Shown here: positions 26,083 through 38,700 of the stretch, one piece after another | Layout of the letters: each line of letters starts with the position of its first letter | Position numbering within the stretch: position 1 is the stretch's first letter | NCBI GenBank assembly: GCA_965287045.1 | Contig: OZ336881.1 | Location: 53,072,001 to 53,136,000 of the forward strand | Reading direction: 5' to 3' | From: Carcharhinus amblyrhynchos | Lineage: Eukaryota | Length of the DNA: 64,000 nucleotides | Notes under the pieces: model-generated | What the model saw: the letters and a program-made list of their open reading frames with translations, nothing else | Told to the model about the DNA's origin: nothing | Database searches by the model: none | Program-made: the position numbers and the translations under genes

Positions 26083-29000
26083 ATTGTTTCCTGCTGAGGA
26101 TAAAGTAAAAGAATTGCTCCCCGAATACAGTGAAAGATATGGCTTTCTCTGTCCCCTCCTTCTCCCTCTTCCAGCAATATGTCCTGCTCTGTGTGATCCT
26201 TGTTCTTTCTCCAAGTCATACTCTATTCCCAAAGAAAACCATTAGTTTAGCAATGTCTGGGAGAAACTAGTTTGAGCAGAAGCCTTGAAGTTAGAAAAGG
26301 CTTATGTCAGCACCTTCACTTCATATAGACTTTTGCAATTTATAACAACTATAGGAAGCACCAAGCACCTATAGAATCTTGGCAGCAATGGAAGAAATCA
26401 ACCAGCAACTAACCTGGAAGTAGTTGGTAATCTTTTTAAATAGCATGCATGTGGTGTCCTTCCTGATATTGAATGTGTTGAGCTTTGCAGGCATGAGAGA
26501 GGGTGGCGCTGAGCTTCAAAATGGCAGTGATGTACGCTTTGCATCGTCTTGATCTGCCTTCTCTACATAGTTCTGGCCAATGTCCATCATGTGCACTCTA
26601 ATGCCCTCACCTGATATTGTGCTGAATGCAATTTGCTTCTCAAGTGTGCGCTCGAATATGTGCCGCAGACCCATTTTAAGGCTCTCCGAGCACTCGGAGC
26701 ACCCCAAAAAGCAGGCACTAACAAGCACGAATTCTCACCCAATGCTGCTTTACCCACACATGCAATGCCACGATCTGTCCCCTCACCACCACCACCCCCA
26801 CTAATTGTATACCAGATGTCTAACACAAAAGGTTAGAAGCAATTTTGCATGACCAATCCTTCTCTTTTGTGGCTAAATGAAGCTTTTACAAATGACAGTA
26901 GATTTAACTTAATCTACTTGACAAAACAGGCAGTCACTGCTATATTTTGGAGGCCTTGCTAAAAATGCTAATACCTAATTCTGTGCTTATCTGAATTAAA
27001 AGCAAAAAGTACTTTTTTAAATTAAATTAGTTGTGATAAGACATTTTGTGAATCTCCTTCTCTTCATTAGTCATTGCCTCTTTGTTCCCCCATCTGTGTA
27101 GCAGCAATACACTTATTACAGTTTCAGTAAATTTACAGTAACAAGACATTCCCTTGACAAATTAATCACTTTCCAAGCATTTTATCATATAAATAAAATA
27201 TCACCTCTGGAGGGAAATCAGTTAAATCAGTTGATTTAACCCATCTATCAGTAAAAGCCTAACGTCTTCCTATTTTTCCAAAACAGATGGACTTTTCTTC
27301 TGACCAGGGACTATTATAATGCACTTCAGAATTGAAGGGGCTAGGTGCGGATTGCTGAACATGTAAGGAATGACAGTACATGGGAGCTGTAGTTAGTGAA
27401 GCGGAGGGTGGGGGTGGGTCACAAAATATGCAGAATACTGTATGGCCCATAGTGGGGCTTTTCATCTGAATTGATCTTAATAGGTTTGACGTGTACAAAC
27501 CCAAAGGAGAAGTCAATCGCAAAGCACTCCTTTCACAGCTAGTCCTCATGGCAGTAAGGCACCAGAACCCTTCACAGAGCATGAACTGATGTTATTTTCC
27601 ATATCGTGAAAATTAATCAACAATCTGATATGTGCAAAAAAGGGAATCAATTCCTTCCTCTGGGCCGAAGGTGAAAATATTCTCTTACGTGTACAGCTGC
27701 ACACTGTTGGTTATAAAAAGATAAAAATTAAATGGTGGCTGGTACAAAATAAGAATTGACAGTGCTGCAAGCTAACAGCAGCTTTGGCTCGTATCAGAAG
27801 ATAAAAGATGACTTCCAATGCAGAAACATGAATCTACCCTTTTCTCTTTCAGATGCTGATGGTCCTCCAGTGTACTTACAAGCATTTTCAATTTCTATTC
27901 ACTGGCTGAAGTGTGAACTGTGCTCCTAAGATATATTACACTGCATGCCAAATCTTATAATGTGCAGTGACAATATCTTAAGACATCTATGCTGCAGACT
28001 GTTTTCAAGGAATGTTTGAACCTATCGCTTGAAACAACTTTTTTTATATTTGATCAGCTCACATGGAGAACTGCTTTACAAGCAATACTCTTCATTTCAA
28101 CCCAAACGTGAATATTCAAAACTCTCTTCAGCAGTTTAGTGATTTCGGGTTAAGGAAATCTGACAGTATACAGCACATCGCAATTTTCGGCTAGTACCTG
28201 GTTATTTCCCAAACTACTTGCCCTGGTTGTCTGAAGGATTAAAGAGGTTCTGCCTTCTGCCGGGCCAGCAGCTGTGATAATATAATTGGTTGCATTATTT
28301 CAAGGCTAGAAGAATGAATATTAACAATAGTCAATCAGGGAACTCACTCCTCCTTGCAATTCAGTAACTCATTCAAGAAGCTAGGTGTGTGTTGAATCTT
28401 GCTTTGTCATGATGTCTCTTGCAGTTGAATAGCCCTCCATCACTCACTGTCCAAGACTCTCACATTTCAACAAGGTACTACTGCAGGATGTTGACCCCTC
28501 AGAAATTTGGCCCCACAAAATATCTGTCTTGCGGTGAGGGAGAGAGAAAATGTTGAAAAAGTAAGTTACTATACTAACTAAAAGGAGCTAACGTGGCTTA
28601 ACCAGGTAGGAGGCATACAGCTCCACCAGATTCACTTGCAGTAGCAGACGGATCACGAATCAGGATTTTAAAAGATGGCAACTTTGTTATTGCTGAGCTT
28701 TCAATGGGGATGGTTCTCAACTCTGGCCTAATATGGGTATGAAGTCAGTCGTGTAACCATGGAACAACCCAAGACCACAGCCCAGAGTCCAATCCATTCT
28801 GAGGTTTGGACATCATTTAAAATTTCTAATCACTGAGCTGCGGGCAGTACCATTTAAGTCACGAGTTAGTGACATAAAAATGATCTAGTAGCCTCTAGTG
28901 GCTAAACATGGGTATTAACACTGCAGCAAAATGCATTTGCAGTTGGTCCATCAAACTTCACGCCAAGAAATTTGACTCACACCCTCCAATAGCTGAAAAT

Positions 29001-32000
29001 ATTGTAAGAATGCTGATTTTCAGATCACATTCTGTTCGGTGTGAACAACTTGGGCAACTTTTAATTACCCTGAGCACCTGCCCGAAAACTAGTTTAGGTT
29101 AAAAATGCAAATTTTGGATGCTGCAAAGAAAAATCAAGCTTCCTTTGAAAACTTTATTCCCGGAGATTTTCCTGGAACATTTTGGCCTCTAATTTTGATG
29201 GCCGAGGAGAAGCATAAAATCCATGGATGTTTTAGGTGCAAGCCAAATTTCTTACGCCATTCAATAAATTCCGGGTCCAACAAGAAGCAAATTTCAAATC
29301 AAATTGTTAAGGATTTGTAGATTTGGAGTGACTGCAGAATTTATTACAATCTATTCAATGTTCATTAAGATCCATGTTTGCGTGATCAAAGTTAGATTTC
29401 TTTAAATTAAATCTATTAAACTGTTCTTCTGAAATAACATTGGGTTTGAGTTGTGACAGGAGCCTTTACAATGTTAAATCAGGAGAAGTAATTCCTACCT
29501 CTCCCTGTCCCTGCAAAATGAGAAATGAGGTAAAAGTGTTTTTTCTTTGCCATAACGTTCAGCTATAGCACATTTTGCTACGAGACAGGGGCTTGTGTCC
29601 TTACTGGTGAAATGATAAATTTATTGTACTTAACTCAGTGAACTGGTTAAAAATAAGTAAATTTTCCACTCTAATGAAGAGGAATAGCTGGTCCAAGACC
29701 TGAAAAATGAACCTTTGCATCGCCAACAAAAATATCAAGTGTTTTAAACATCCCACTCCAGTCCATTTCTCTTTGAAATATCTGAAACACAGACATACGG
29801 ACTAGATAGATGTGGCTGTCTTTAAACTCCTTGTTTGATTTATTCCGCCTCTTTTGGGTCTATGTTTTCCAATTGTTTCTTTTCCATTTGAAATCCCATA
29901 TCAGATTTGCAAAGAGTGCTCAGCAAGTAAATTGGTGACAGGGAATAATAAAACGTGCAGACTTGACATTCTAAAGAGATTCCAGCAAATTCGCCAACAC
30001 TTAATGCTCTGTTAAAGGGCTACTATACTGCAAATAAATCACATCCTTTTAACTTCCTCTTCCCTGCAAAAAACAAAAACACCATCAAGAAATATTCATG
30101 TTGTCATCCAATCCAGACAAAAAAAAATGTCCTGTAAGGATCCAGATAAAGATAATTTAGTTGTAATCTCCTCAATGATCTATATACTGTATCTAAATCT
30201 ATATGCAAATAGAAGCTTTCAAGCATTTAACACAATCCCCAGCATCTAGGGTGAGAGCTTTCAGTTTACATTGGCTGCTTAAATAATTTACTCTGCTTGC
30301 TTGCCTATTGGCATTGAAGCTGCTCCGGTAAAACCCACAAAGCACACTCTGAATAACCAGATGGACTAACTATGCAGCAGGTGGAACACATGGCACAGAG
30401 CCCTGTCTGATGCTGGATGCTTCAGCACGAACTAGCTTCCTTCCAGGTATATTAGCGTCAATCCAGCTTCGTCTGAAATTCTGCTTCTTTTTTTGGACTC
30501 TTCCATTTCACCTCAAAAATTGTGTGCTGACCAATTATCTCTGACGCTGTCCCTATTTTGTGAACAATTGCTGCAAGATTAATAACTCTAGTTTCTTTCA
30601 AAATGAAATGATAGCTAATCTCAATGTTTTACCAATGTTTGCTTTACCTATAAATAGTTCAGCTGAAATGAGACAAAATTGCAAAAATAAATGTGGCAAT
30701 GAATTGGACACCTATAAGTGTGCATGACTTTCAAGAATTGTTGGTTCTTCATCTGCTTAATGACCAAAATGGTGAGTATATTTGTTGATTATATATCTAT
30801 AAGTTGCTAAACCTGAAAGGTGTAAATCATCCACATTTTGTAATGACTTTCTTTTCTTTTATCAAGTCTCTCAGAGCTACTTTCCACTACATTCATTAAA
30901 AAAAACTTTGTCCTCAAATTTTAAACAGGTGCGGTCAACCTCTCTTATGAAATCGCTAAAGTTATACCACAGGGTCTAAAACCAATTGCAATAAAGTACA
31001 AAGTAAAGTTGGCTAAAGTCATATTCAGATGACAAATCATTTTGTACATGCCATGATAAAGCTTTGCCTCTTGGTGCATGCTTTAACAGTAAGGCAGAGC
31101 AGGTTGGACCTTCCACTTCCTCTTAACAGTAGAAAGACCCACTATAAAGTTTACAGGGTAGCTAGATCTTCCAACTTTTAAACCCCAGATTTTATGTCAG
31201 AGTGGATTTATAATGCACATCATCCCAAGCTCAAAATGGTTTGATACTTGGCTTTGGTGGAATTTAGGAGTTAGATTGAGTACCTGACACTGCACCTTCC
31301 ATGCACACATGCATTGGAAACTGCTTCTCATCAAGGCCAAAGTGCAAGAACATTTGCAATCCAAATTAAATAAGAGCTTGGACCAATACGTTTAAAAAAA
31401 ACACTGCTAAACCCTTCTCTGACTCAAATCGGTATTCATTTGATAATATGATTTTTCTTTTTGTGGAAAGTTTGGATGATTCCAATAAAAATTAAAACAA
31501 ATTAATTCTTGGATGTCTTTTTAACTGGTAGGGCGGCCACCTTCCTAAGGCACCCTGCTGCTCCCTGTTTAGGAAACAAACCGTGCCTAGCGGAAGAACG
31601 CTTCTCGCTTTGGCGTGTTCTGTTTGGGTTGTCCACATCATCTGGCACAAGCCTGTTTTTGCATTGCACACACCAGCTGCTGACTAGATTTGGACCAAAC
31701 TGTTTTGTTTTAGGGAGTGACCTACTTCATGCACACAAAACAACCTGACCAAACCCAGCTCCCCGTACTCAATCCAGAAGGGGGAAAAGGATGAAGAAAA
31801 TAAATAAACAAGCTATGATCCACTGCCTTCCACGAGGGTAGAAGTTGCTGCAATTGCACAGGATTGAGATATTCCCGCAATTTATCAGGGTTAACTATCA
31901 TCTTCCTTTATCCATGTTTTGTGCAATGTGTTTTGGTGGCAAGCTACTTAATACCAACGTTGTTCTATCAAGACAAATTGGAGGCACATACAGGGGACTA

Positions 32001-33034
32001 AATTGCAATTTATGACACTGATTATAAAGAATAAGGATCGCTGCAGTGGATACTGTTCCTTCAAACGTGCTAACAAAATAGAACTATTTAAAGATCTACT
32101 GTAGCCATAGTTGAAGATTAGATTGTCCAACATGAAATTAAAATCTGGCTTTCTACCCAAGCTTGAGCTGAGGAATTAAAAAGAACTTGACAAAAAGGTC
32201 CAAATATTAATTACAATATCCACGGGGACTATCCTGGAGTTCAGAAGCAGCAGCCAACTGAAGCATTATTGAATCACTCTAACTTATAAGCTTTTGCATG
32301 TAAACCCCTTTTCTAAAAACATTATCTTAAAAATAAAACAGGCTTCAACTCTTGGAAATGGCCTTTCAACTTTTCTGGATTCATAGAAATTAAAATTTTA
32401 GAGCTTAGAAATGATTTTTTCCCCTCCCCATCTGCTTCCTGTAACAAATTGAAAAAGTAACCCTCTGGATTGCATGCTTGCCTAAAGCAGACTAAATGAA
32501 AATGAAATAGCTGTACTAAATCGACTTTGGGAAAAGGTAGTCATTTTACGTATGTCTCTCTGGTTGAATTATCCAACACTGACGCAAGTAGAAAAATAAA
32601 ATTCAAACACTGAGATGCCACAGCATGGCTTACTGCCGTTTGAATTGATATCCAAAGTATGAATCATTGAGTTTCACTGATGTAAAACTTGGTATTTTAT
32701 TCACACTGGGTAACAAGCTGCCTCCAGAAATGATTGCCCATGCCTGTTCAAAATATATCAACATTTCAAAGCTCTCATCATTTTATCGAGTAGCTGAACA
32801 GGACAATTATTGCAACCTGCACTTTCTATGTTATCTGAGGCACCGTCATGATAAAAATTAAAGTGTTACAAACACAATAAAGCTAAATTAATACATGTTG
32901 GAGCCTTTACTCACTAAATTTTATATGCATGCTTGACTTAAATTATTCAAATCAGGATTAAACATATACCAGTTAATATTTATTTTCAGAATTTCTCAAT
33001 TTTGGGAGTTTGAATATCTTGTTCTTTTAAGAAA

Positions 33035-33051
33035 ATATATATATATATATA
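33035..33051. repeat. (AT)n microsatellite
   Basis: atatatatatatatata. Confidence 0.85.
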
Positions 33052-33799
33052 CACATCAAGGTAATTTACAAGTTAGACAAAGAATAATGCATGAACGAAC
33101 AGAATAACATATAAAAGACAGGATGGAAAGGCAAATCTTTAGCAGCAGTAAGATATAAAGTCAGCGTCAGAGTTATCTGCTGGAGAATTCAAAGGCTGGA
33201 CAAGTGGACAATACAGGCATTGGGCCTCAAGTGAAGCTGGACGTATACTTGTTCTGAAATGTCTTATCTGTGTAACCTGCTGGGATTAGTTTAACACAGT
33301 AAAGCCAATTATAGCACTTGCCATTACGCCAGCTATCTCCAACCACCACCCCCACCTCCCCCATCCCTTACAGGCACTTTTATGTCTGAGCAATGCCCTT
33401 AAGTGTGGAACGAACCTCTCCTCTTGATTTCCAGAAAGAACAATCATACAAATAAAGCCAAGCTTGTGCTGTGATTCAGCAGCAGTGTTGAAGCAGGCAA
33501 GACCCATTCCATCTGTGGAGCTGTGGCCATATGATTGATTGGACAGGTGTCATTCATTCTAATGTTAAAACCTGACAGTGCTGATCTGTAAGGCTCTCCC
33601 GACTAATACAGTCTGAAGCCAATTACATTGCTCCATATGGGTACAGTAAAGTGGCCACCGCAACAAACAGTTGCGTCTTGCTCGTGCCACGATAGCTTGA
33701 GCGGTCATTTAAGGAAAGGCCATTTTGTCAAGAGAGACCCAAGCCCGCCTTGCTGCACCACCCTTTAATGTGCCTTATATCAATTTACATTTTGCTTAC

Positions 33800-33851
33800 A
33801 CTTGAGGTGACACTCGGTAATGGCCGAACAGGTATTTCAGCGTAAGTGTGG
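33800..33851 (-). other. Putative 52-nt alternative cassette exon of ESRRG
   Basis: Branch-point match cctaac, pyrimidine tract gttcctttctcccccag| acceptor, and donor AGT|gtaagc. Confidence 0.6.
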
Positions 33852-35372
33852 CTGGGGGAGAAAGGAACGTTAGGAACCTGGTGAGCAACTTTCTTTTTCG
33901 TTGTCGCTTCAAGTCCAAGGAGGGAGAAGCAAAGGAAGATGCAATAACTGAGCAGCAAGCCAGTGAGATTGTTCATGTCGGAGCCACACTATCAAACACA
34001 CGTGAAGTATGATTGGGGACACAGGGGGTAAATATTTCACTGCCAGACAGTACTGAAAGCTGCAATTCATTTCTCTCTCGGTTTAGGACAATGACAATTT
34101 AATACAAGGCAAGTGAATGTAAAAGAGATAATACAGCACAAACTGCTTCAGTGTAATCGCCTATTTCCTCTGGAGAGCTTAACCACAGTGGCACAGGCAC
34201 ACATTGAGCAGATCAAAAATATATTGTTTTTTTTTCCTCAAGCTTTCCAATTAAAATATTATTGGTAGGCTTCTGCAGCTCTGGAAGGCTTACTGAACAC
34301 AAAGACAGGGAATACACTTGTTTTACAAAAAGAAGCTTTGGTGAGAAATGAAATCAGGAGCCGCAAAGGTTTTTTCTTTATTTTTACTGCAGGTTAATTA
34401 CTGTAGCACAGGAGGCTCTGATAACAAAAGAGTGCAGCCAAACACATTCAAACGAACGCACTAAATAGCCGTATTCCCTGGAAATGCAAGGTTGTCACAG
34501 TGAACATCCCAGCACCTTTCAAATGGAGCTCTGACCTCTTGCAATATTTAAAGCTCCGTGCAAATATGCAAAACCAGCTGAACAGCAGGGGGGAAAGAAA
34601 ACTCCGCTGAGGCATTTTTGAGCACTGAAGGTATTTTCATACAGGTTTGTGACGTTCTCCCCCATACCCCGAGCCTGTTGCTGACTTGAACAGGGGCGAT
34701 CATTTAAAGAGATGAATGATACAATGAAAAGTAAAATAACTTGAGACAAGTTGTCAGCTAACTGAGATCAAGGCACAGTTTATTCCCCCCCCTGCCGCCA
34801 ATCCCCTCACTGCTCCCCCCCACAACATCCCCACCCCACCGCAGCACCCCCCCGTCCTTTTTTTGCTGCAAGCTGCCAGTTAGAAATCCCCCTTTATTCT
34901 TCAAAAACAAAGGCCATGTGTACAAATTTCATTCGGATGCAACTACATTAAGCAGATTATAAAAAGCAATCGTACAAATTAGCTTTTAGAGCAGGAAATC
35001 AAAAAAGCTCTTTTTTTAAAAAAAATCCTCACATCCCTTAAAATGAAACACTAAAAAAAAATCTACATATAAAATAGATACAGAAGAAATATATAGCATT
35101 TGACAGCACAGTGCTCGTCCATTCCTTTGGCTTTCTCACATCTTTGGCTAAATTACAAATAGCAGCACAATATGCAGTAACAGTAGACTGCTTCTGGGAA
35201 TCTGGAGATAATTCAGAAAACATCCGTTGCACTGAAGAGTAGGACGTAATCCTGGCACAAAACATGCAAGCAAGCAGCACAGACACACAGGGAGATACAC
35301 ACATATACAGCAAACCCCCATAGCCCTGCAAAGCAAAAAGCCCAGAATGGGGAGGAAAGAAAAGGTACCTAC

Positions 35373-35428
35373 TCTTCGTCGTAGTGGAGAGAAAAAGATT
35401 CAGGGAGACAAAGTTCTACCAAATCCAT
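35373..35428 (-). CDS. ESRRG: ESRRG coding exon 1 (56 nt), N-terminal extension of the long isoform
   Basis: Reverse complement reads ATG GAT TTG GTA GAA CTT TGT CTC CCT GAA TCT TTT TCT CTC CAC TAC GAC GAA GA|gtaggt = MDLVELCLPESFSLHYDE(E), nearly identical to the mammalian ERRgamma start MDSVELCLPESFSLHYEEE. The phase-2 end fits exon 2 (GA+G). Not in the ORF track. Confidence 0.95.
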
Positions 35429-35444
35429 GTGCGCTCAGCACCAT
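35400..35444 (-). other. Out-of-frame overlapping uORF (MVLSAHGFGRTLSP*)
   Basis: aataATGG at 35444, 16 nt upstream of the main ATG; ends at TGA 35402-35400 inside exon 1. Confidence 0.65.
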
Positions 35445-35600
35445 TATTCGAGCCCACACTCCTGGCAATAAATCAAAGTTCCCTGACAGAGTGGCGCAAT
35501 TAACACAAATGTTCTCTGGTGACAGCCTATAGGCAAAGCCAGCTGGGACCAGGCTCGCACTCTCCTAATCAAGGTCTTAAAGTCCCGATTGTAGCTTATT
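35429..35600 (-). other. ESRRG: ESRRG 5'UTR of the exon-1 transcript (TSS approximate)
   Basis: Directly upstream of the ATG. The minus strand (aagctacaatcgggactttaagaccttgattaggagagtg...gagaacatttgtgttaattgc...aactttgatttat) closely resembles the human ESRRG 5'UTR as I recall it. Confidence 0.7.
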
Positions 35601-35700
35601 AATATGAAGCAGGTCTTTACATATGCAATCCCCGACCTCACCAGTCATCGCATTGGTGGGATTGCAGCCAGTCAGAGCAAAGCACTGCAGACAGGACAAT
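35596..35700 (-). promoter_or_regulatory. Putative ESRRG proximal promoter
   Basis: Minus-strand CCAAT at 35652-35656; AT-rich TATA-like stretches (catatgtaaa, catattaataa) at 35596-35625; located just upstream of the presumed 5'UTR in repeat-free sequence. Confidence 0.5.
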
Positions 35701-38700
35701 TCCTACACTGGCTTAGGGAAGCAATGCAGGTACAGTAGGCGGGAAGTCTCTAAACAGGGAGGAGGGAAGCAAAATTCCACAACCATATACAGTACAGCAT
35801 TTAAAGCACAATTTTCCATTTGCCTTTAAACAGTGTACAAAAGCAGCTTAAAGGGACAGTGCTCGTTTGCTCTTTTGCTGAAGTTCCTGTGAAAATGACT
35901 GACTGTGCTAATAGAATTCATTTTACTACAGGTTTAATACAATTATTTTGCCTGTAGTATTCTTAATAAAATTCTTGTGGAGTAGAATTAAATATTTACA
36001 GTAGTCCTTTTCTGTGCCTTTCCATATAAAATCCATGAGGTTATTTTATACTCTTTTGATAGCTAAACTGTCTTTCCCAAAGTATTGTAAAGGCAATCAC
36101 CATTTTATCTTGTAAAAAGATTAAAATCTAAACACAGACTGCACCATATCCTGAAAGCTGCTCTTAAAGGGCTCTCGTGCCATTTTTACCTTTTTTCCTC
36201 TAAATTTAAAAGTCAGCAATGGCTAATAGATTTCACACATTGAGCCAGCTATGTTACTTAACAAATATTTTCTTAACTTTGCAAAGTGGTGGCTTTTATT
36301 CTCTCCCTCTCTTGCCAGTTTAGAATAAAGCCAAGGGCTCATGAGGAAAAAGTTAACAGGGGGAGCTTTTACACCTTTATATTCAACTTGAAAACTAAGA
36401 ATCCATTAGAAGAATGGTGACAAATACTTCCCCTGTGCAAACACCAATATCTTTACTGTGTTGACATGAATTGCTTGCTACAGAGCAATACGCCGATGTG
36501 GCTTGAAGCAATTGTAGAAAGGCTAACCGGCGTCAAAGCCATTGCAAGAACTGTTCTGAAATACAGCTCCTCCAATCATAGTCTCCTTCCAATGATGCGA
36601 GCTCCAACAGCTGGCTGTCTCTCTGCATTCTGTTAACCCAATGCAAACCCCTTTTACCATCCAGAAGCAAAGCTGCCTCAGAATTGCTTCTGATGTTGAA
36701 TTAGCCATTCTGCAACCGCAGACGCAGTGGTAGTTGCTCGCTTGTAAGTATGTATTAAAGGTTTGGTCATCTTTCAATAAAGTTGAAAATACCTTCAGAA
36801 AGAAGAATTCTGTCTAATTATGGCATGGGTGAGGACCAGATTCAGCTGAGTTTGCAGATTTCATCAACAGGCAGTTCCACTGTATTAAGATTCAATTATT
36901 GACATTTACGTGCCAGGGAATCAAAGATCAAGTACAAGTAATTTTTGCTACAATTCATACATTTGTCTAGTCTAACACATCAAAAAAATTTACTTAGAAG
37001 CGCTAAACCTCCGCATTCATATTTCTCGTTTTTCAGAATTTTTCCCCTTATAATTTAAATTCGACTTATCCAATGTTCAAGTCAAATGCAGTGAATTAAC
37101 GATATACCTGTCAGTACTTACATACGGAAAAAACGCCATTCAAACGGCACTGGAAGACTGCATTAGGTTGTCACTTTAGAAGATCCTGGCACCGTATGGG
37201 CATTGGAGGCATAGTCCTTTGCCAGAGTTTCGCAGCCCAGATGCACACACGCGCTCCTCACACTACACTTACAGTTCTCCAGATAAAACACCACATGGCT
37301 GCGCCCAGCTCCTCTGACTTTCAAATCACCCAGGAGAACATTTTAAATAGAAACAAGATGTTTATCGTAATTCCAAGCCATCCCTCTTTAAAAAAAAACT
37401 GTTGCACGTATGCAATGACAAAACATTTTTTTTTCTCTCCTTTCTGGTTCCAAACAGGAGGAGCAACCATGCACCTAGCTCCATCAATCGCACATGACCA
37501 GCCCTTGATATTGTTATACGCTGTACTGACAGTACGTACCTACAATCTATTTCATCTCTGATGTGCTGCTTAGAAGAAATGTTATCATGTGCAATGGCCT
37601 GGATCATATGGTATTGACCAGCCCGACACATTTCATATTTATTTTGTGTGTCGGATCCTGCTTTTTTGGTGGGATTGTGTCAACTGGCCACAGCACATAC
37701 CAACAGAACCTGCAAAATCTGCTTCAGCACAGACCCAGCCACTTTGCACTCGCCAAAGTGAGAATTCCGCATCCTTTCTGAACACAAACTTTGCATTAAC
37801 CCAATGTTTGGCAATAAGCACAGAGGAAAGCATAAGCAATCGGCTGTGTATTTGTATACAGAATACATTTCTTCATGAAGTCAGTGAGAACACGTCACTG
37901 TTCGATGCGGCTACAGTGGACGTAGCACCACGGACACGGCCACCTAAAAATACCACACCTTCATGGGGAAAGGGGGGAGGGCTCGCAAAGCATCTCAGCA
38001 ACATACAGGCTTACAAATGCAACACGCTGTCAAAAGCGATCATCATATCATGCTGCATATCTTCCTGTTCCGTTGATGCAAATGCCAACAGAAAATCTCC
38101 ACTCTCCCTGACAAATCCACATCTGTACAAGAAAAGAGATGCTATTTTCCAGTGCTTCTGCTGCTCCAATTATTATCATTATTTCACAATCTATCCAACT
38201 CTTACACCCAACTGCGCAAAACTGTTGCATCGCATGGGGAATCGATCACAAATTATATAAATATGCTACTGCACTTGTGGATGTGGGATTTTTATTTTAA
38301 ATTAATTCAAATTAAGAATGGCTGCTCCATTAACGGGCAATTCGCCTCTCATCACCGGCACATTAACCCATAAAGTACTGGTGCCCTTTAAAAGCATTAA
38401 TATTTCGTGCAGTATTCTCTGTGCACTAATGATCTGTAAATTCAAAAACCTAATGTGTGCAACATTAAATAAATGCAATAATCAGCCAATTTAAAATAAA
38501 ATGTATTCCAATGGATGTAACTGCTGCAATTTGCTCTGCCCTTTATTTCTGGTAAACTCATTCTTGCCAGGATATAGGGGCTAAAGCAGGCATGTTCTTG
38601 CGTGAACCACAAATGCAATATACTTAACACAATCCTGAAAGGTACTGCTTTGACAATGCAATATTGTAAAATAGAACACTGTAACCAAGAAGTCATGAAG

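Larger units (their letters stand above)
25100..26240 (-). pseudogene. HARBI1-like Harbinger transposase relic
   Basis: Fragments FYAPNSFQAAAEEMCNNLQFVICCYTREVIDTL, NESHTTICSVIEQSIGML, GGTLQYS and VVCWMLFNL match HARBI1-family motifs; disrupted by deletions and insertions. Confidence 0.8.
23440..26745. mobile_element. Decayed autonomous PIF/Harbinger transposon with convergent Myb/SANT-like (+) and DDE transposase (-) genes; ends approximate
   Basis: Both gene relics are recognisable by translation (next two features) in the two-gene Harbinger layout. Confidence 0.8.

Noticed and set aside
37589-38260. Longest ORF in the track (223 aa, + strand), divergent from ESRRG
   Set aside because: No recognisable domain, composition like random AT-rich DNA, no supporting exon structure. 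A non-coding transcript cannot be excluded.
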